A stretch of 64,000 nucleotides of DNA. Source: an uncultured Actinomycetota bacterium. GTDB taxonomy: Bacteria; Actinomycetota; Actinomycetes; JAHEKZ01. The position numbers and the translations under genes were made by a program. The notes below the pieces were generated by a model. The model was not told the origin of the DNA and did no database searches. It saw only the letters and a list, made by a program, of their open reading frames with translations. Below are positions 40,566 through 50,980 of the stretch, one piece after another. Every line of letters starts with the position of its first letter. The stretch's first letter is position 1. Where the stretch lies: positions 32,001 through 96,000 of the forward strand of contig CAVQYR010000001.1 of the NCBI GenBank assembly GCA_963718235.1, read 5' to 3'.

Positions 40566-42041
40566 GTGCGCGTGCTCGCCATCGACCAAGGCACGTCGGC
40601 CACCAAGGCCGCCGTCGTCGAGGTCGACGACAGCGGCATGACCCTCCTGGCCGACGTCGACGTCGACGTGACGGGGCTGCGGTATGACGGCGACGCGGTC
40701 GAGGTCGACGCCGAGTGCATCTGGTCCTCGATCGTCGAGGCCGGCCAGGCGGCCGTGAAGGAGACCTCGTCCGGGCTCGGTTCCGTCGACTGCGTCGGGA
40801 TCGGCAACCAGGGCGAGACGGTCCTCGCCTGGCGACGCAGCACAGGCGCACCGGTCACGCCCGCGCTGGTGTGGCAGGACCGCCGCGCAGTCACGGTCAC
40901 CGAGCGCCTCCAGCCCTGGGCCGCGCGTCTGCAGCAGATCACCGGCCTGCCGCTCGACCCGTACTTCGCCGCAGCGAAGCTCAGCTGGCTCGCCGAGAAC
41001 CTGCTCGATGCCGACGCGCGCCACGACCCTGACGTGGTGGTCACGACGCTCGACTGCTGGGTGCTGCACCGGGCCACCGGGGCGTTCGTCACCGACGCCG
41101 CCACGGCCAGCCGCACCCAGCTGCTCGACCTCGACAGCGCGCACTGGTCCAGCGAGGCCTGTGCGGCGTTCGACGTCGACATCGGGGCACTTCCCTCGGT
41201 GGTGCCCTGCGACACCACGATCGGGGAGACGTCGGCCTTCGGCGGCTCACTGCCGGTCACCGGCCTCGTCGTGGACCAGCAGGCTGCGCTCTTCGCCCAG
41301 AACTGCCTGACCCCCGGAACGTCGAAGTGCACCTACGGGACCGGCGCGTTCCTGCTGGCCACCCTCGGACCCGCACCCCACCGCTCCCACAACGGGCTCG
41401 CCGCGTCGATCGCCTGGCAGACCTGTGATGCGGGCCTCGACTACTGCATCGACGGGCAGGTCTTCACCGTCGGTGCGGCGGTGAGCTGGCTGCAGCGGGT
41501 CGGCCTGATCGAGCACCCGGCCGACCTCGACCGCCTGGGTGGGTCGGTCGACGACGACTCGGGGGCGGCCTTCGTGCCTTCGCTGGCCGGGGTCGGGGCA
41601 CCGCGTTGGGTGCCCGAGGCGCGGGGCTCGTTCCTGGGGCTGTCCCTGTCCACCCGGCGGGAGCACCTCGTGCGCGCGGTGGTCGTCGGGATCGCCGCGC
41701 AGGTGACCATGCTGGCGAGGGCCATCGAGGACGACCTGGGCGCCTCGCTCACCTCCCTGCGCGTGGACGGCGGGCTCACCCGGTCGTCGCTGCTGATGCA
41801 GCTGCAGGCCGACCTGCTCGGGGTCCCGGTCGAGGTGTACCCGTACTCCTGCGCCACCGCGCTCGGCGTTGGGGCGCTGGCCCTGCGCGGGCACGCCGGG
41901 CCAGGTGCCGAGTCAGCCGTGATCGCCGGATGGACACCCGAGCGGGTCTTCGAGCCGTCGATGTCCACTGCCGCGGCCGACGAGCTCTACGGGCGGTGGC
42001 TCGTCGCCCTCGACGCCACCATCGCGGAGGCCCACGCGTGA
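40566..42041 (+). CDS. FGGY-family carbohydrate kinase (GlpK-like)
   Basis: AIDQGTS, NQGET, WQDRR, DPYF, DQQAAL, KCTYGTG.F, LRVDGG. Confidence 0.9.
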   Translation: MRVLAIDQGTSATKAAVVEVDDSGMTLLADVDVDVTGLRYDGDAVEVDAECIWSSIVEAGQAAVKETSSGLGSVDCVGIGNQGETVLAWRRSTGAPVTPALVWQDRRAVTVTERLQPWAARLQQITGLPLDPYFAAAKLSWLAENLLDADARHDPDVVVTTLDCWVLHRATGAFVTDAATASRTQLLDLDSAHWSSEACAAFDVDIGALPSVVPCDTTIGETSAFGGSLPVTGLVVDQQAALFAQNCLTPGTSKCTYGTGAFLLATLGPAPHRSHNGLAASIAWQTCDAGLDYCIDGQVFTVGAAVSWLQRVGLIEHPADLDRLGGSVDDDSGAAFVPSLAGVGAPRWVPEARGSFLGLSLSTRREHLVRAVVVGIAAQVTMLARAIEDDLGASLTSLRVDGGLTRSSLLMQLQADLLGVPVEVYPYSCATALGVGALALRGHAGPGAESAVIAGWTPERVFEPSMSTAAADELYGRWLVALDATIAEAHA

Positions 42042-43447
42042 CGTCTCAGCACGACGACGGGCCGCTGGACGTCGTGGTCATCGGTGCGGGCGTCGTCGGA
42101 TGCGCGATCGCTCGCGAGCTCACCGGGCACGGGCTCGCCGTGGCTCTCGTCGAGGCGCGACCCGACGTCGGGGCGGGGACGAGCAAGGCGAACACCGCGA
42201 TCTGGCACACCGGGTTCGACGCCAAGCCAGGCTCGCTCGAGGCGCGCCTGGTCGCCCGCGGGTACCGGCTGCTCAGCCAACGTGCGCCGGCGTCGGGCTG
42301 GGCCCTGCGCAGGACCGGAGCCGTGCTCGTGGCCTGGGACGCAGAACAGCTCGAACGGCTCCCAGCGATCGAGGCCAACGCGCTCGCCGTGGGCTACGAA
42401 CACCTCACCTCCCTTCGACCCGACGAGGTGTACGCGCTCGAGCCACACCTGGGACCGGGCGTCTGCGGCGGGCTCCTGGTCCCCGACGAAGGGCTGCTCG
42501 ACCCCTGGTCGATCACCCTCGGGCTGGCCACCGAGGCGGTCCAGGGCGGGGCCCGGCTCCACCTCGGCTCTCCGGTGGTCGCCATCGAGTCCGAGGAAGA
42601 CGCCCATCACGTGGTCACCGGCACCTCGCGGCTGCGCACCCGCTGGGTCGTCGATGCGGCAGGGCTCGGCTCCGACGTGGTCGACGCGATGATCGCCCCG
42701 GCGGGACGTACCGAGGACTTCACGGTCACCGCCCGAAGGGGCCAGCTCGTCGTCTTCGACAAGCTCGCTGCTCAACTCCTGACCCGGATCGTCCTGCCCG
42801 TCCCGACGCCCACCACCAAAGGGGTGCTCGTGACGCCGACCATCTACGGCAACGTGCTCCTGGGACCCACAGCCGAGGACCTCGACGACCGCACGGCCAC
42901 CCAGACCACCGGCTCAGGACTTGCCTTCCTGCTCGAGCACGGCCAGCGCATCCTGCCTGCCCTGCTCGACGAGGAGGTGACCGCGACCTACGCCGGAATC
43001 CGAGCCGCCACCGAGCACAGCGACTACTGCTACGAGGTGTTCGCCGAGCACCGCTACGTGCGCGTCGGGGGCATCCGCTCGACCGGCGTCTCCAGCGCGC
43101 TCGCGATCGCCGAGAAGGTCGTCCACGACCTGAGCGACGCCGGCGAGCGGCTCCAGGAACCACCCGACTCCGTCGTGTGGACCATGCCGTCTCTGGCCGA
43201 GGACGCAGTTCGGCCCTACCTGGACGACGCCCGGATCGCCCGCGACCCCGCCTACGGCGAGATCGTGTGCCACTGCGAACGGGTCACCCGTGGTGAGATC
43301 CGCGACGCTCTCGCCTCGCCGATCCCGCCGGTCGACGTCGACGGGCTGAAGCGGCGGACCCGCACGCTCATGGGACGCTGCCAGGGCTTCTACTGCGGCG
43401 CCCGGGTGGTCGGCCTCCTCGAGCAAGGCGCGGCCAACCATGGCTGA
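42038..43447 (+). CDS. FAD-dependent oxidoreductase with C-terminal BFD-like [2Fe-2S] domain (GlpA/LhgO-like)
   Basis: IGAGVVG, TSKAN, GIRSTG, VCHCE...GRCQGFYC. Confidence 0.9.
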   Translation: MTSQHDDGPLDVVVIGAGVVGCAIARELTGHGLAVALVEARPDVGAGTSKANTAIWHTGFDAKPGSLEARLVARGYRLLSQRAPASGWALRRTGAVLVAWDAEQLERLPAIEANALAVGYEHLTSLRPDEVYALEPHLGPGVCGGLLVPDEGLLDPWSITLGLATEAVQGGARLHLGSPVVAIESEEDAHHVVTGTSRLRTRWVVDAAGLGSDVVDAMIAPAGRTEDFTVTARRGQLVVFDKLAAQLLTRIVLPVPTPTTKGVLVTPTIYGNVLLGPTAEDLDDRTATQTTGSGLAFLLEHGQRILPALLDEEVTATYAGIRAATEHSDYCYEVFAEHRYVRVGGIRSTGVSSALAIAEKVVHDLSDAGERLQEPPDSVVWTMPSLAEDAVRPYLDDARIARDPAYGEIVCHCERVTRGEIRDALASPIPPVDVDGLKRRTRTLMGRCQGFYCGARVVGLLEQGAANHG

Positions 43448-44666
43448 CGTCGTGGTGGTCGGTGGCGGACCGAGCGGTCTCGCCGCGGCCAGCGCGCTGA
43501 AGGCCGCGGGGGTGGCCGACGTCGTCGTCCTGGAGCGCGAGCCCGACGCCGGCGGGGTCCCCCGGCACAGCGCCCACCTCGGGTATGGGATGCGCGACCT
43601 GGGTCGGGTCCTCAGCGGTCCGGGCTACGCCAGGACTTGGGTGCGCCGGGCTCTCGACGCCGGGGCCGACCTTCGGACGGCGTCCACGGTGACCGAGTGG
43701 GACGACGCCCGCACGGTGACCGTGACCTCGCCCTCGGGTCGGTACCGCCTGGACGCGCGGGCGATCGTGCTCGCCACCGGGTGTCGCGAGCGTCCGAGGT
43801 CGGCTCGGCTGGTCCCCGGGTCACGCCCGGCGGGGATCCTGACGACCGGCCAGCTGCAGCAGCTGGTCCACCTCCACGACGCGGCGCCGGGTCGTCGCGC
43901 GGTCGTCGTCGGCGCCGAGCATGTGTCGTACTCGGCGGTGATGACCCTGGCCGGAGCCGGCTGCGACGTCGTCGCGATGGTGACCGACGAGCCACGGCCG
44001 TCGTCGTTTCGCACGTTCGACCGCGCGGCCCGCGCCCGTTGGCGGTTCCCGCTCCGCACCCGCTCCACGGTCACCGACATTGGGGGCAGCGAGCGGGTCG
44101 AGTGGGTCGAGCTGACCGACAGCGACGGACGTCGGACCGTCGTGCAGTGCGACACCGTGGTCTTCACCGGCGACTGGATCGCCGACCACGAGCTGGCCCG
44201 CCGCCACGGCGTCGCGGTGGACCGCGGTTCGACCGGCCCCATCGTCGACGCCTCGCTGCGAACCTCGACGCCCGGAGTGTTCGCGGTCGGCAACCTGCTG
44301 CACCCGGCCGAGACCGCCGACGTCTGCGCTCTTGACGGTCGTCACGTCGCCCAGGGGGTGGTGGCCTGGCTGCACGGCGCCGCGTGGCCCGGTGTCGGCG
44401 TGCCGATCCTGGTCGAGGAGCCGCTTCGCTGGGTCTCCCCCGGGCGGGTCACCGACGCCGCGGTGCCGCCGCGGAACCGCTTGACCCTGCGGGGCGCGAC
44501 CTGGGTCCAGCGCCCGGTGCTCGACATCTCCCAGGGGGAACGGACCTTGTGGCGCGGACGACGCCCGTGGCTGGCGCCCAGCCGTCCGGTCTACCTGCCC
44601 GCTCCCTGGCTCCACCGCGTCGACCGCGACGGCCCGCCGATCCGGATCAGCGTCGGTCGACCCTGA
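43440..44666 (+). CDS. NAD(P)/FAD-dependent oxidoreductase
   Basis: VGGGPSG, LATGCRERPR, TSTPGVFAVGN. Confidence 0.9.
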   Translation: MADVVVVGGGPSGLAAASALKAAGVADVVVLEREPDAGGVPRHSAHLGYGMRDLGRVLSGPGYARTWVRRALDAGADLRTASTVTEWDDARTVTVTSPSGRYRLDARAIVLATGCRERPRSARLVPGSRPAGILTTGQLQQLVHLHDAAPGRRAVVVGAEHVSYSAVMTLAGAGCDVVAMVTDEPRPSSFRTFDRAARARWRFPLRTRSTVTDIGGSERVEWVELTDSDGRRTVVQCDTVVFTGDWIADHELARRHGVAVDRGSTGPIVDASLRTSTPGVFAVGNLLHPAETADVCALDGRHVAQGVVAWLHGAAWPGVGVPILVEEPLRWVSPGRVTDAAVPPRNRLTLRGATWVQRPVLDISQGERTLWRGRRPWLAPSRPVYLPAPWLHRVDRDGPPIRISVGRP

Positions 44667-44943
44667 CCGGATGCCAGATGTCGCGAAGGCCTCGGGGAGC
44701 CAGGACGAGCCAGATGACGAAGGCCACGACGTTGAAGGGAATCGCAAGGAAGACGAACGCGAGGCAAGGCGCCCCGACCCAGACCACCGTGGCCACCAGG
44801 CGCCCGGCCGGTCCGAACGTGGTGGCGCTGGCCCGCCACCGACTGGACGCCGGTGGGTCGGGCCGGGGCATCCGGGCCGCAGGGGGCTGGTGGCGACGGG
44901 TCTGGGTGCCGGCCTGCAGCCGTTCCGCAGCGGGTTGGTCCAC
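44647..44943 (-). CDS. Small hypothetical membrane protein
   Basis: SRWRASATTFGP followed by two TM segments. Confidence 0.5.
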   Translation of the reverse strand: MDQPAAERLQAGTQTRRHQPPAARMPRPDPPASSRWRASATTFGPAGRLVATVVWVGAPCLAFVFLAIPFNVVAFVIWLVLAPRGLRDIWHPVRVDRR

Positions 44944-45002
44944 GCTTGGTTGTCGACCCAGCCGTCGCCGCTCTTGAGAGGTGGGTGCGACGCGGCCGGC
45001 GA

Positions 45003-45332
45003 TCAGCAGGTGACGCAGGTGGTGGCCCAGGGCAGGGCGTCGATCCGCTCGGTGGCGATCTGCGAGCCGCAGCGGTCGCAGGTCCCGTAGGTGCCGTCCG
45101 TCAGCTTGGCCTGGGCCCGGGTGATCGCGGCGAGCATCGTCTGCAGCCGATCCGATGCAGCGACCTGGGTGATCCGCTCGACCGCGATGCTCGTGCCGTC
45201 ACCCACCCGCTTGCCGAAGGAGATGTCCCCGGAGTCGACGGCGGGAGCATGCAGTGCGGCCAGCTCGGCGCGCACCTCGGCCTCCTTGGCGGCCAGCGCA
45301 GCGTCGAGGTCCTGTCTCACCTTCGGGTCCAT
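45003..45332 (-). CDS. TraR/DksA C4 zinc-finger protein
   Basis: GTYGTCDRCG..I..ER..ALPWA..CVTC. Confidence 0.9.
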   Translation of the reverse strand: MDPKVRQDLDAALAAKEAEVRAELAALHAPAVDSGDISFGKRVGDGTSIAVERITQVAASDRLQTMLAAITRAQAKLTDGTYGTCDRCGSQIATERIDALPWATTCVTC

Positions 45333-45439
45333 CCCCCCAGTGTGACGGTGACGAACGCCTCTGGCGCGACCGGGCCGGTAAATGGGACAACGAAGGTGCG
45401 GAGGTCAGTTTGGCCTGCGCGAGCGAAGAGGGAGGCGTC

Positions 45440-46018
45440 ATGTCGAAGTTCACAAGGGCTCTGACCATGAGCGCCGTCGCAATGCTGGTCGTCGCCGGGT
45501 GCGGTAGCGGTGCGGACGAGACAGCGAGCACACCGACCACCGAAGGGGCGACCTCGGCGAGTTCTTCCGCCACCACGCACTCGACCGGTCCTGGCGAGCC
45601 GTCACTGATCGCCGTGCCCGGCTACGAGTACGGGTCGGTGGCACCTGAGCTCGAGCAGCAGTACAGCGCGCTGGAGGACGGCAAGGTCCTCACCTCGATG
45701 TCCGTCCACGCGGTCACCAAGGACGGAGCAGATGTCGGCTACCTGGTGTTGTTCGACATGGCGAGCAAGTTCGCCGACAACCCAGCGGTGGCAGAGAACA
45801 TCGTCAACGGCATGGCGGGCGGGATGGCCGGCGCCGGAGGGACGGTCAAGCAGGAGACCATCTCCGGCGAGAAGGTCGTGGTTGCCACCGGCGAGGGAGG
45901 CTCCTCAGAAGTCGTCTACGCCTGGTTCCACGACGGGACGATGAGCGTCTTCGCGTCGCAGGACGCCGACGCGTCGTCCAACTTCGTCGGCGCCTACCTG
46001 CAGGAGGCCAACGCCTGA
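45440..46018 (+). CDS. Hypothetical lipoprotein
   Basis: GGAGG, signal peptide with VAGC lipobox. Confidence 0.75.
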   Translation: MSKFTRALTMSAVAMLVVAGCGSGADETASTPTTEGATSASSSATTHSTGPGEPSLIAVPGYEYGSVAPELEQQYSALEDGKVLTSMSVHAVTKDGADVGYLVLFDMASKFADNPAVAENIVNGMAGGMAGAGGTVKQETISGEKVVVATGEGGSSEVVYAWFHDGTMSVFASQDADASSNFVGAYLQEANA

Positions 46019-46025
46019 CCTGGGC

Positions 46026-47552
46026 TCACAGCTGGAAGTCGGGGTGCCAGTCGAACGCACCGACGTCCATCTGGGCGCGCTGCAGCCGGCCGCTGTAGTC
46101 CCAGTTCATCGACTGCCAACGGGTGAACTGGTCGAGCACCCAGACCCCTGACTGCCGTGAGCCGTTGCCGCTGAGCCCGTTGCCCCCGAAGGGCAGGTGC
46201 GCCTCAGCCCCAGACGTCGAGTTGTTGACGCTGACCATGCCCGCCGAGACTCCCTCGCGGAAGCGCCACACCGATTGGGGGTCGGTCGTGTAGATCGACG
46301 ACGACAGCCCGTAGCCGTGCCCGTTCGCGAGACCGATCGCCTCGGTCAGGTCGTCGAACACCCCGAGGCCGACCAGCGGACCGAACGTCTCGGTGGAGTA
46401 CAGGACGTCACCAGGGCGCACGCCCTCGACGATCGTGGGGTGGGCGTACAGGCCGATGTCGGGGTCGCCGACGAACCCCTGTCGTGGGTTGGACGAGGTG
46501 ATCCGCCCCACGCCGGTCGAGCCGTGCAGCACGTGGTGGTCGTCGACGAGGTCGAGCCAGCCGACGAAGCGCTGCAGGAACCGCTCGTCGATCATCGGGC
46601 CGTACAGAACCTGCTGCGACGGGTCACCGACCACGCAGGACTGCACCGCGCCGACGAACCGGTCGCGGAACGAGTCGTAGACGTCTCGGTGGGCCCAGAC
46701 CGTCCCGAGGGAGGTGCACCGCTGGCCGGCGGTGCCGAACCCGCTGAACAGGGCGCCCTCGACCGCGAGCTCGAGGTCGGCGTCGGGCATGACCACCATC
46801 GGGTTCTTGCCACCGAGCTCGAGGCAGGGGCTTTGCAGGTGGTGCCCGCACAGCGCCCCGATCCGACGTCCGACGTCCGACGAGCCGGTGAAGCCGACCT
46901 TGTCGACCAGGCCTCGCTGGAGCGCCTGATCGAGTCCCTCGTACGTGGTGGGACCGTCGGCGTGGACGACCTGCAGCACCTCATGCGGGACGCCACCGGC
47001 CCGAAAGAGCGCGACGAGGGCGTCGGCCACGGCGTTCGCGGTCTCGGCCGGCTTCCAGACCACGGAGTTGCCGCACAGCAAGGCGGGCACGAGGTACCAC
47101 GACGGTACGGCGGCCGGGAAGTTGCCCGCCGTGATGATGCACGCCACACCGACCGGCACCCGGAAGGTGAACAGCTGCTTGTCCGGCATCTCGCTCGGCA
47201 CCGTCTGCCCGTACAGGCGGCGCCCCTCACCCAGGAAGAAGTCGCAGGTGTCGATGACCTCCTGCACCTCCCCGAGCGCCTCGGCGTAGGGCTTGCCGAT
47301 CTCACGGGTGACCAGGGCGGACAACGCTGCCTTGTTGGCCTCGACGAGGCGGCCGACCTGGGCGATCACCCGACCCCGCACGGGTGCGGGGACACCGGCC
47401 CAGCCACGCTGGGCCACGCGCGCGATCGCGGCGGCGTCGACCAGCTCTGACGCCGGCTGCAGCGTCCCTTCCCAGACGACCTCGGCCTCGTCGGCCGGGT
47501 TGCGCTTGACGAACGACGAGCCGGGTGGGGGAGGCGTGGATGCGGCGGTCAT
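46026..47552 (-). CDS. Aldehyde dehydrogenase
   Basis: AGNFP, WKPAE, FTGS, LELGGKN, GQRCT, ETFGP, PFGG. Confidence 0.93.
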   Translation of the reverse strand: MTAASTPPPPGSSFVKRNPADEAEVVWEGTLQPASELVDAAAIARVAQRGWAGVPAPVRGRVIAQVGRLVEANKAALSALVTREIGKPYAEALGEVQEVIDTCDFFLGEGRRLYGQTVPSEMPDKQLFTFRVPVGVACIITAGNFPAAVPSWYLVPALLCGNSVVWKPAETANAVADALVALFRAGGVPHEVLQVVHADGPTTYEGLDQALQRGLVDKVGFTGSSDVGRRIGALCGHHLQSPCLELGGKNPMVVMPDADLELAVEGALFSGFGTAGQRCTSLGTVWAHRDVYDSFRDRFVGAVQSCVVGDPSQQVLYGPMIDERFLQRFVGWLDLVDDHHVLHGSTGVGRITSSNPRQGFVGDPDIGLYAHPTIVEGVRPGDVLYSTETFGPLVGLGVFDDLTEAIGLANGHGYGLSSSIYTTDPQSVWRFREGVSAGMVSVNNSTSGAEAHLPFGGNGLSGNGSRQSGVWVLDQFTRWQSMNWDYSGRLQRAQMDVGAFDWHPDFQL

Positions 47553-47578
47553 GTCCCCCACCCTGCCAGGATTCGTCC

Positions 47579-49192
47579 ATGGCCGGACCCACGACCGCCG
47601 AGCGCGTTCTCTCCCTGCTGCACACCAGCGGAGTCACCACGGCGTTCGGCCTCCCGGGCGTGCACAACCTGGCCTTCTGGTCGGCTCGTGCCCAACCGCT
47701 CGAGGTGGTGACCGTTCGTCACGAACAGACCGCGGCCTTCGCTGCAGACGGGCTCGCCCGGGCCACCGGAGGGCTCGGTGTGGCCCTGGTCACCTCGGGG
47801 CCGGGTGCGGCGAACACCGTGGCTGCGATCGGCGAGGCGGCGGCCGCCGGCAGCCCGGTCCTGCTCGTCGCCAGTGACGTGCCGGTCGGCCCCCGTGCGC
47901 CAGGTCGGGTGCGCGGTCTCCTGCACGAGAGCCGAGACCAGGGCGCGCTGTTCGAACCCCTGGTCAAGGCGGTGCTGCAGCCGACGAGCCCGGAGGCCGC
48001 TGTCGCCGCGGCCACCCTTGCCGTCGAGACGGCACTGGAGGCCCCCGCCGGGCCGGTGTACCTGGGGATCCCCGCCGACGTGCTGGGCAGCGCCGCGCCG
48101 GCCGCCGACCCGCCGCAGCACGCCGTGCGCGTGTCCGCCTCCGCCGCTGAGCTGACCGCCGCCGCCGCGCTGGTCAACGCCGCGCGACGTCCGGTCATCT
48201 GGGCCGGTGGCGGGGTGGTCAGCAGCGACGCGGTCGACTCGCTGGATGCATTGGCCTGGCGGCTGGGTGCGCCGGTCGTCACGACGTACGCCGGGCGCGG
48301 ATCGCTGCCGGCCGGGCACCCGTTGCTCGTCGACGCCCCGGTCCACGAGCCCGTCGTCGACGAGCTGCTCGCCGGCGCGGACCTGCTGCTGGTGCTCGGG
48401 TCGGCGCTGGACGGCATGTCCACCCGCAACTGGGCCATGGCTCGTCCGCAGCGGGTGATCGACGTGAACCTGGCCCCCAGCGGAGAGCTCGACCCCGACC
48501 TCGCCGTCGTCGGCGACGTCCGCACGGTCGTGGACGCCCTGGCCGTGCGGCTGCGGCCGCGGGAGCCCTGGGCCGACGCGCCGTTCGCGCTGCGCGACGT
48601 GGTGCGTCGCCAGTCCGCGTCCGATCCCCGGACCGCGTCGGCGGTCGAGCTGGTCGAGGCCGTCGAGCAGGCCTGGCCCGACGACGGAGTGGTCGTCTGC
48701 GACATGGCGGTCGCCGGCTACTGGGTCGGGGGCTACGCGGCCATGGCCAGACCGCGAAGGCTTGCCTACCCAGTGGGCTGGGGAACCCTGGGCTTCGGGC
48801 TCCCGGCCGCGATCGGTGCCGCGACGACCGGGCGGCCCACCCTGGCCGTGGTCGGTGACGGCGGTCTTGCCATGGCGGTTGGTGAGCTGGCCACCGTCGT
48901 CCAGCACCAGCTGCCCGTCACGCTGCTCGTCGTCGACGACGGCGGCTACGGCATGCTGCGCTTCGACGCCGGGCGGACCGGACGAGCGGCACCCGGGCTG
49001 GACCTGATCGGCCCCGACTGGTGCACGCTGGCCGCCGCGTACGGCATCTCCGCGGTGGAGGTGCACAGTCCCGAACACGTGGCGCTGGCCCTGTCGTCCG
49101 CTGCGGACGACCCGGCGCCGGCCATGGTCGTGTGGCGCACCGCCCTGTACCCGCCACGGTCGACAAGCCCCCGTTGGGCGGATCCCCGCTGA
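47579..49192 (+). CDS. Thiamine pyrophosphate-dependent enzyme (ALS / 2-oxo-acid decarboxylase family)
   Basis: FGLPGVHN, RHEQTAAF.ADG, SGPG.AN, GDGG...DDGGYG. Confidence 0.9.
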   Translation: MAGPTTAERVLSLLHTSGVTTAFGLPGVHNLAFWSARAQPLEVVTVRHEQTAAFAADGLARATGGLGVALVTSGPGAANTVAAIGEAAAAGSPVLLVASDVPVGPRAPGRVRGLLHESRDQGALFEPLVKAVLQPTSPEAAVAAATLAVETALEAPAGPVYLGIPADVLGSAAPAADPPQHAVRVSASAAELTAAAALVNAARRPVIWAGGGVVSSDAVDSLDALAWRLGAPVVTTYAGRGSLPAGHPLLVDAPVHEPVVDELLAGADLLLVLGSALDGMSTRNWAMARPQRVIDVNLAPSGELDPDLAVVGDVRTVVDALAVRLRPREPWADAPFALRDVVRRQSASDPRTASAVELVEAVEQAWPDDGVVVCDMAVAGYWVGGYAAMARPRRLAYPVGWGTLGFGLPAAIGAATTGRPTLAVVGDGGLAMAVGELATVVQHQLPVTLLVVDDGGYGMLRFDAGRTGRAAPGLDLIGPDWCTLAAAYGISAVEVHSPEHVALALSSAADDPAPAMVVWRTALYPPRSTSPRWADPR

Positions 49193-49236
49193 GCGTTTCG
49201 ACAGGTAGGGTCGCCGCACACCAATCGGGAGCGCCC

Positions 49237-50871
49237 ATGTCCTTGACTCGCCGTGCCGCCATCGGCCTGGCTTCCCTCGTCGCCACCAGCGTGGCGGCGG
49301 GACTGCTCGGCGCGCCCCTGGCCGCCGCCACCGCTTCGCGCTCCGACGCCGGGCACGACGCCGGGCACGACGCCGGGCAGGCCGCCGGGCACAACCCGAG
49401 CCGGGTCGAAGCCCAGGCCGCCCTGGCTGCGGCCCAGGCGCTGTTCGGTCCGACCCCCGCGAGCGCCCGAAGTGCCGAGCCGACCGCCGATGCCACGCTC
49501 GTGCTGCGCGACCTCGCCCGGGCGGTGCCCGCCCTCGGTCCCGCCGGACGCCGGGCCGCCCACGAGCTCCTGGCCCGACCGAGCGACCCGACGTCCAACG
49601 ACTCGTGGGGACGCCGGTCCAACCTCAAGCTCTGCAACGCGCGGCTGTGCGTGCGCTGGACGAACAAGGGGGTCAACGCCCCGCCGCGCGCCGACAGCGA
49701 CCGCGACGGGGTGCCCAACCAGGTCGAGCGGACCCTGGCCGTGGCCAACGAGGTCTGGTCGACCGAGGTCGGCGCGCTGAACTACCGCCGTCCGCTGACC
49801 GACCAGCGGGCCAGCTTCGACAACAAGGACCGTCGCTTCGACATCTACCTCGCGGCCCTGAGCCGTGGCCTGTACGGGTACTGCGCACCTGACGACAGCC
49901 GGATGAAGCGCTCCTCCACCTACCGCTACTACGACGTCGCTGCCTACTGCGTCCTGGACGACGACTACGCCCGTTTCGACTTCCCGTCCGGCACGCCGTT
50001 GTCGAACCTGCAGGTCACCGCCGCCCACGAGTTCCAGCACGCGATCCAGTTCGGCTACGACGTCAGTGAGGACGCCTGGATCATGGAGTCCACCGCCACG
50101 TGGATGGAGGACCAGGTCTTCGACGGCAGCAACGACAACCGGCAGTACCTCACCTACAGCCAGCTGAACCGGCCGAACCAGTCCCTGGACCTCGGCAAGG
50201 CGTTCAACTGGTACGGCAACTGGATCTTCTTCCGGTGGCTCAGCGAGCGCTACGGTCCGTCCGTCGTCCGCCAGGTCTGGGGGCGCCTCGACGCGAGCCC
50301 CGGAGGTGCTGACGACTACTCGACGCTCGGGATCGCCAACGCCCTGGGTGGCCGCGGTGTCTCCTTCGCAGACGCCTACGCCCGGTTCACCGCGGACAAC
50401 CAGTCACCGAGCGCGCGGTACGAGGAGGGCGCTGCCTACGACGCCGGGCCGGCCATGGAGTTCGTTCTGAGCAACGCGGACCCGAACTCCGGGGTGGTCA
50501 CCAAGACCCTCGACCACCTCACGTCGGCCGCGGTGCGCTTCGTGCCCAAGTCCGGTGTCGGAGCCGCGACGCTGGACCTCACCCTCGACGTGCCCGACCC
50601 CGCTGGCGGCGGCCGCGCGGTGCTGATCCAGACGTCCACCACCGGAGACGTCACGACCAACGTCCAGTCCGTGCTCCCTGACGGCAGCCTGACCCTCGCG
50701 GCCATCCCGTTCGACCCGGCCGACGTCGCGTCGGTCACCGTCGTGCTCGTCAACGCCGGCGCCAAGGTCAAGGGGTCGACCTGTTTTCGCTTCCAGACCC
50801 TCTACGCCTGCGGTGGAGCGGTCTCGCTCAGCGACGGTGGAGCCGCCTCGGTGAGGGGCCAGCTCGGCTGA
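49237..50871 (+). CDS. Secreted zinc metalloprotease (MXAN_6640-like)
   Basis: TRR + hydrophobic signal, D.D.DGVP, TAAHEFQHAIQF, WIMESTATW. Confidence 0.8.
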   Translation: MSLTRRAAIGLASLVATSVAAGLLGAPLAAATASRSDAGHDAGHDAGQAAGHNPSRVEAQAALAAAQALFGPTPASARSAEPTADATLVLRDLARAVPALGPAGRRAAHELLARPSDPTSNDSWGRRSNLKLCNARLCVRWTNKGVNAPPRADSDRDGVPNQVERTLAVANEVWSTEVGALNYRRPLTDQRASFDNKDRRFDIYLAALSRGLYGYCAPDDSRMKRSSTYRYYDVAAYCVLDDDYARFDFPSGTPLSNLQVTAAHEFQHAIQFGYDVSEDAWIMESTATWMEDQVFDGSNDNRQYLTYSQLNRPNQSLDLGKAFNWYGNWIFFRWLSERYGPSVVRQVWGRLDASPGGADDYSTLGIANALGGRGVSFADAYARFTADNQSPSARYEEGAAYDAGPAMEFVLSNADPNSGVVTKTLDHLTSAAVRFVPKSGVGAATLDLTLDVPDPAGGGRAVLIQTSTTGDVTTNVQSVLPDGSLTLAAIPFDPADVASVTVVLVNAGAKVKGSTCFRFQTLYACGGAVSLSDGGAASVRGQLG

Positions 50872-50980
50872 GCCGCGAACCTGTGAACCGATGAAGAATC
50901 GGCTCACTGCTCCGGCCGGGGGAACTTCACCCCGAGTCGAAGCGTCTGACTTCGTGACCCCGCTGTCACGAGGAGGACGC

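Noticed and set aside
49345-49392. 12-bp repeats (DAGH) in the metalloprotease and 9-bp repeats (GTD) at 33781-33804
   Set aside because: In-frame linker expansions; no sign of phase variation
50953-50970. CGTGAC-N6-GTCACG before whiB as a CRP site
   Set aside because: GTGA-TCAC spacing is 8 rather than 6; could be a GlnR-type box or a hairpin, too weak to call
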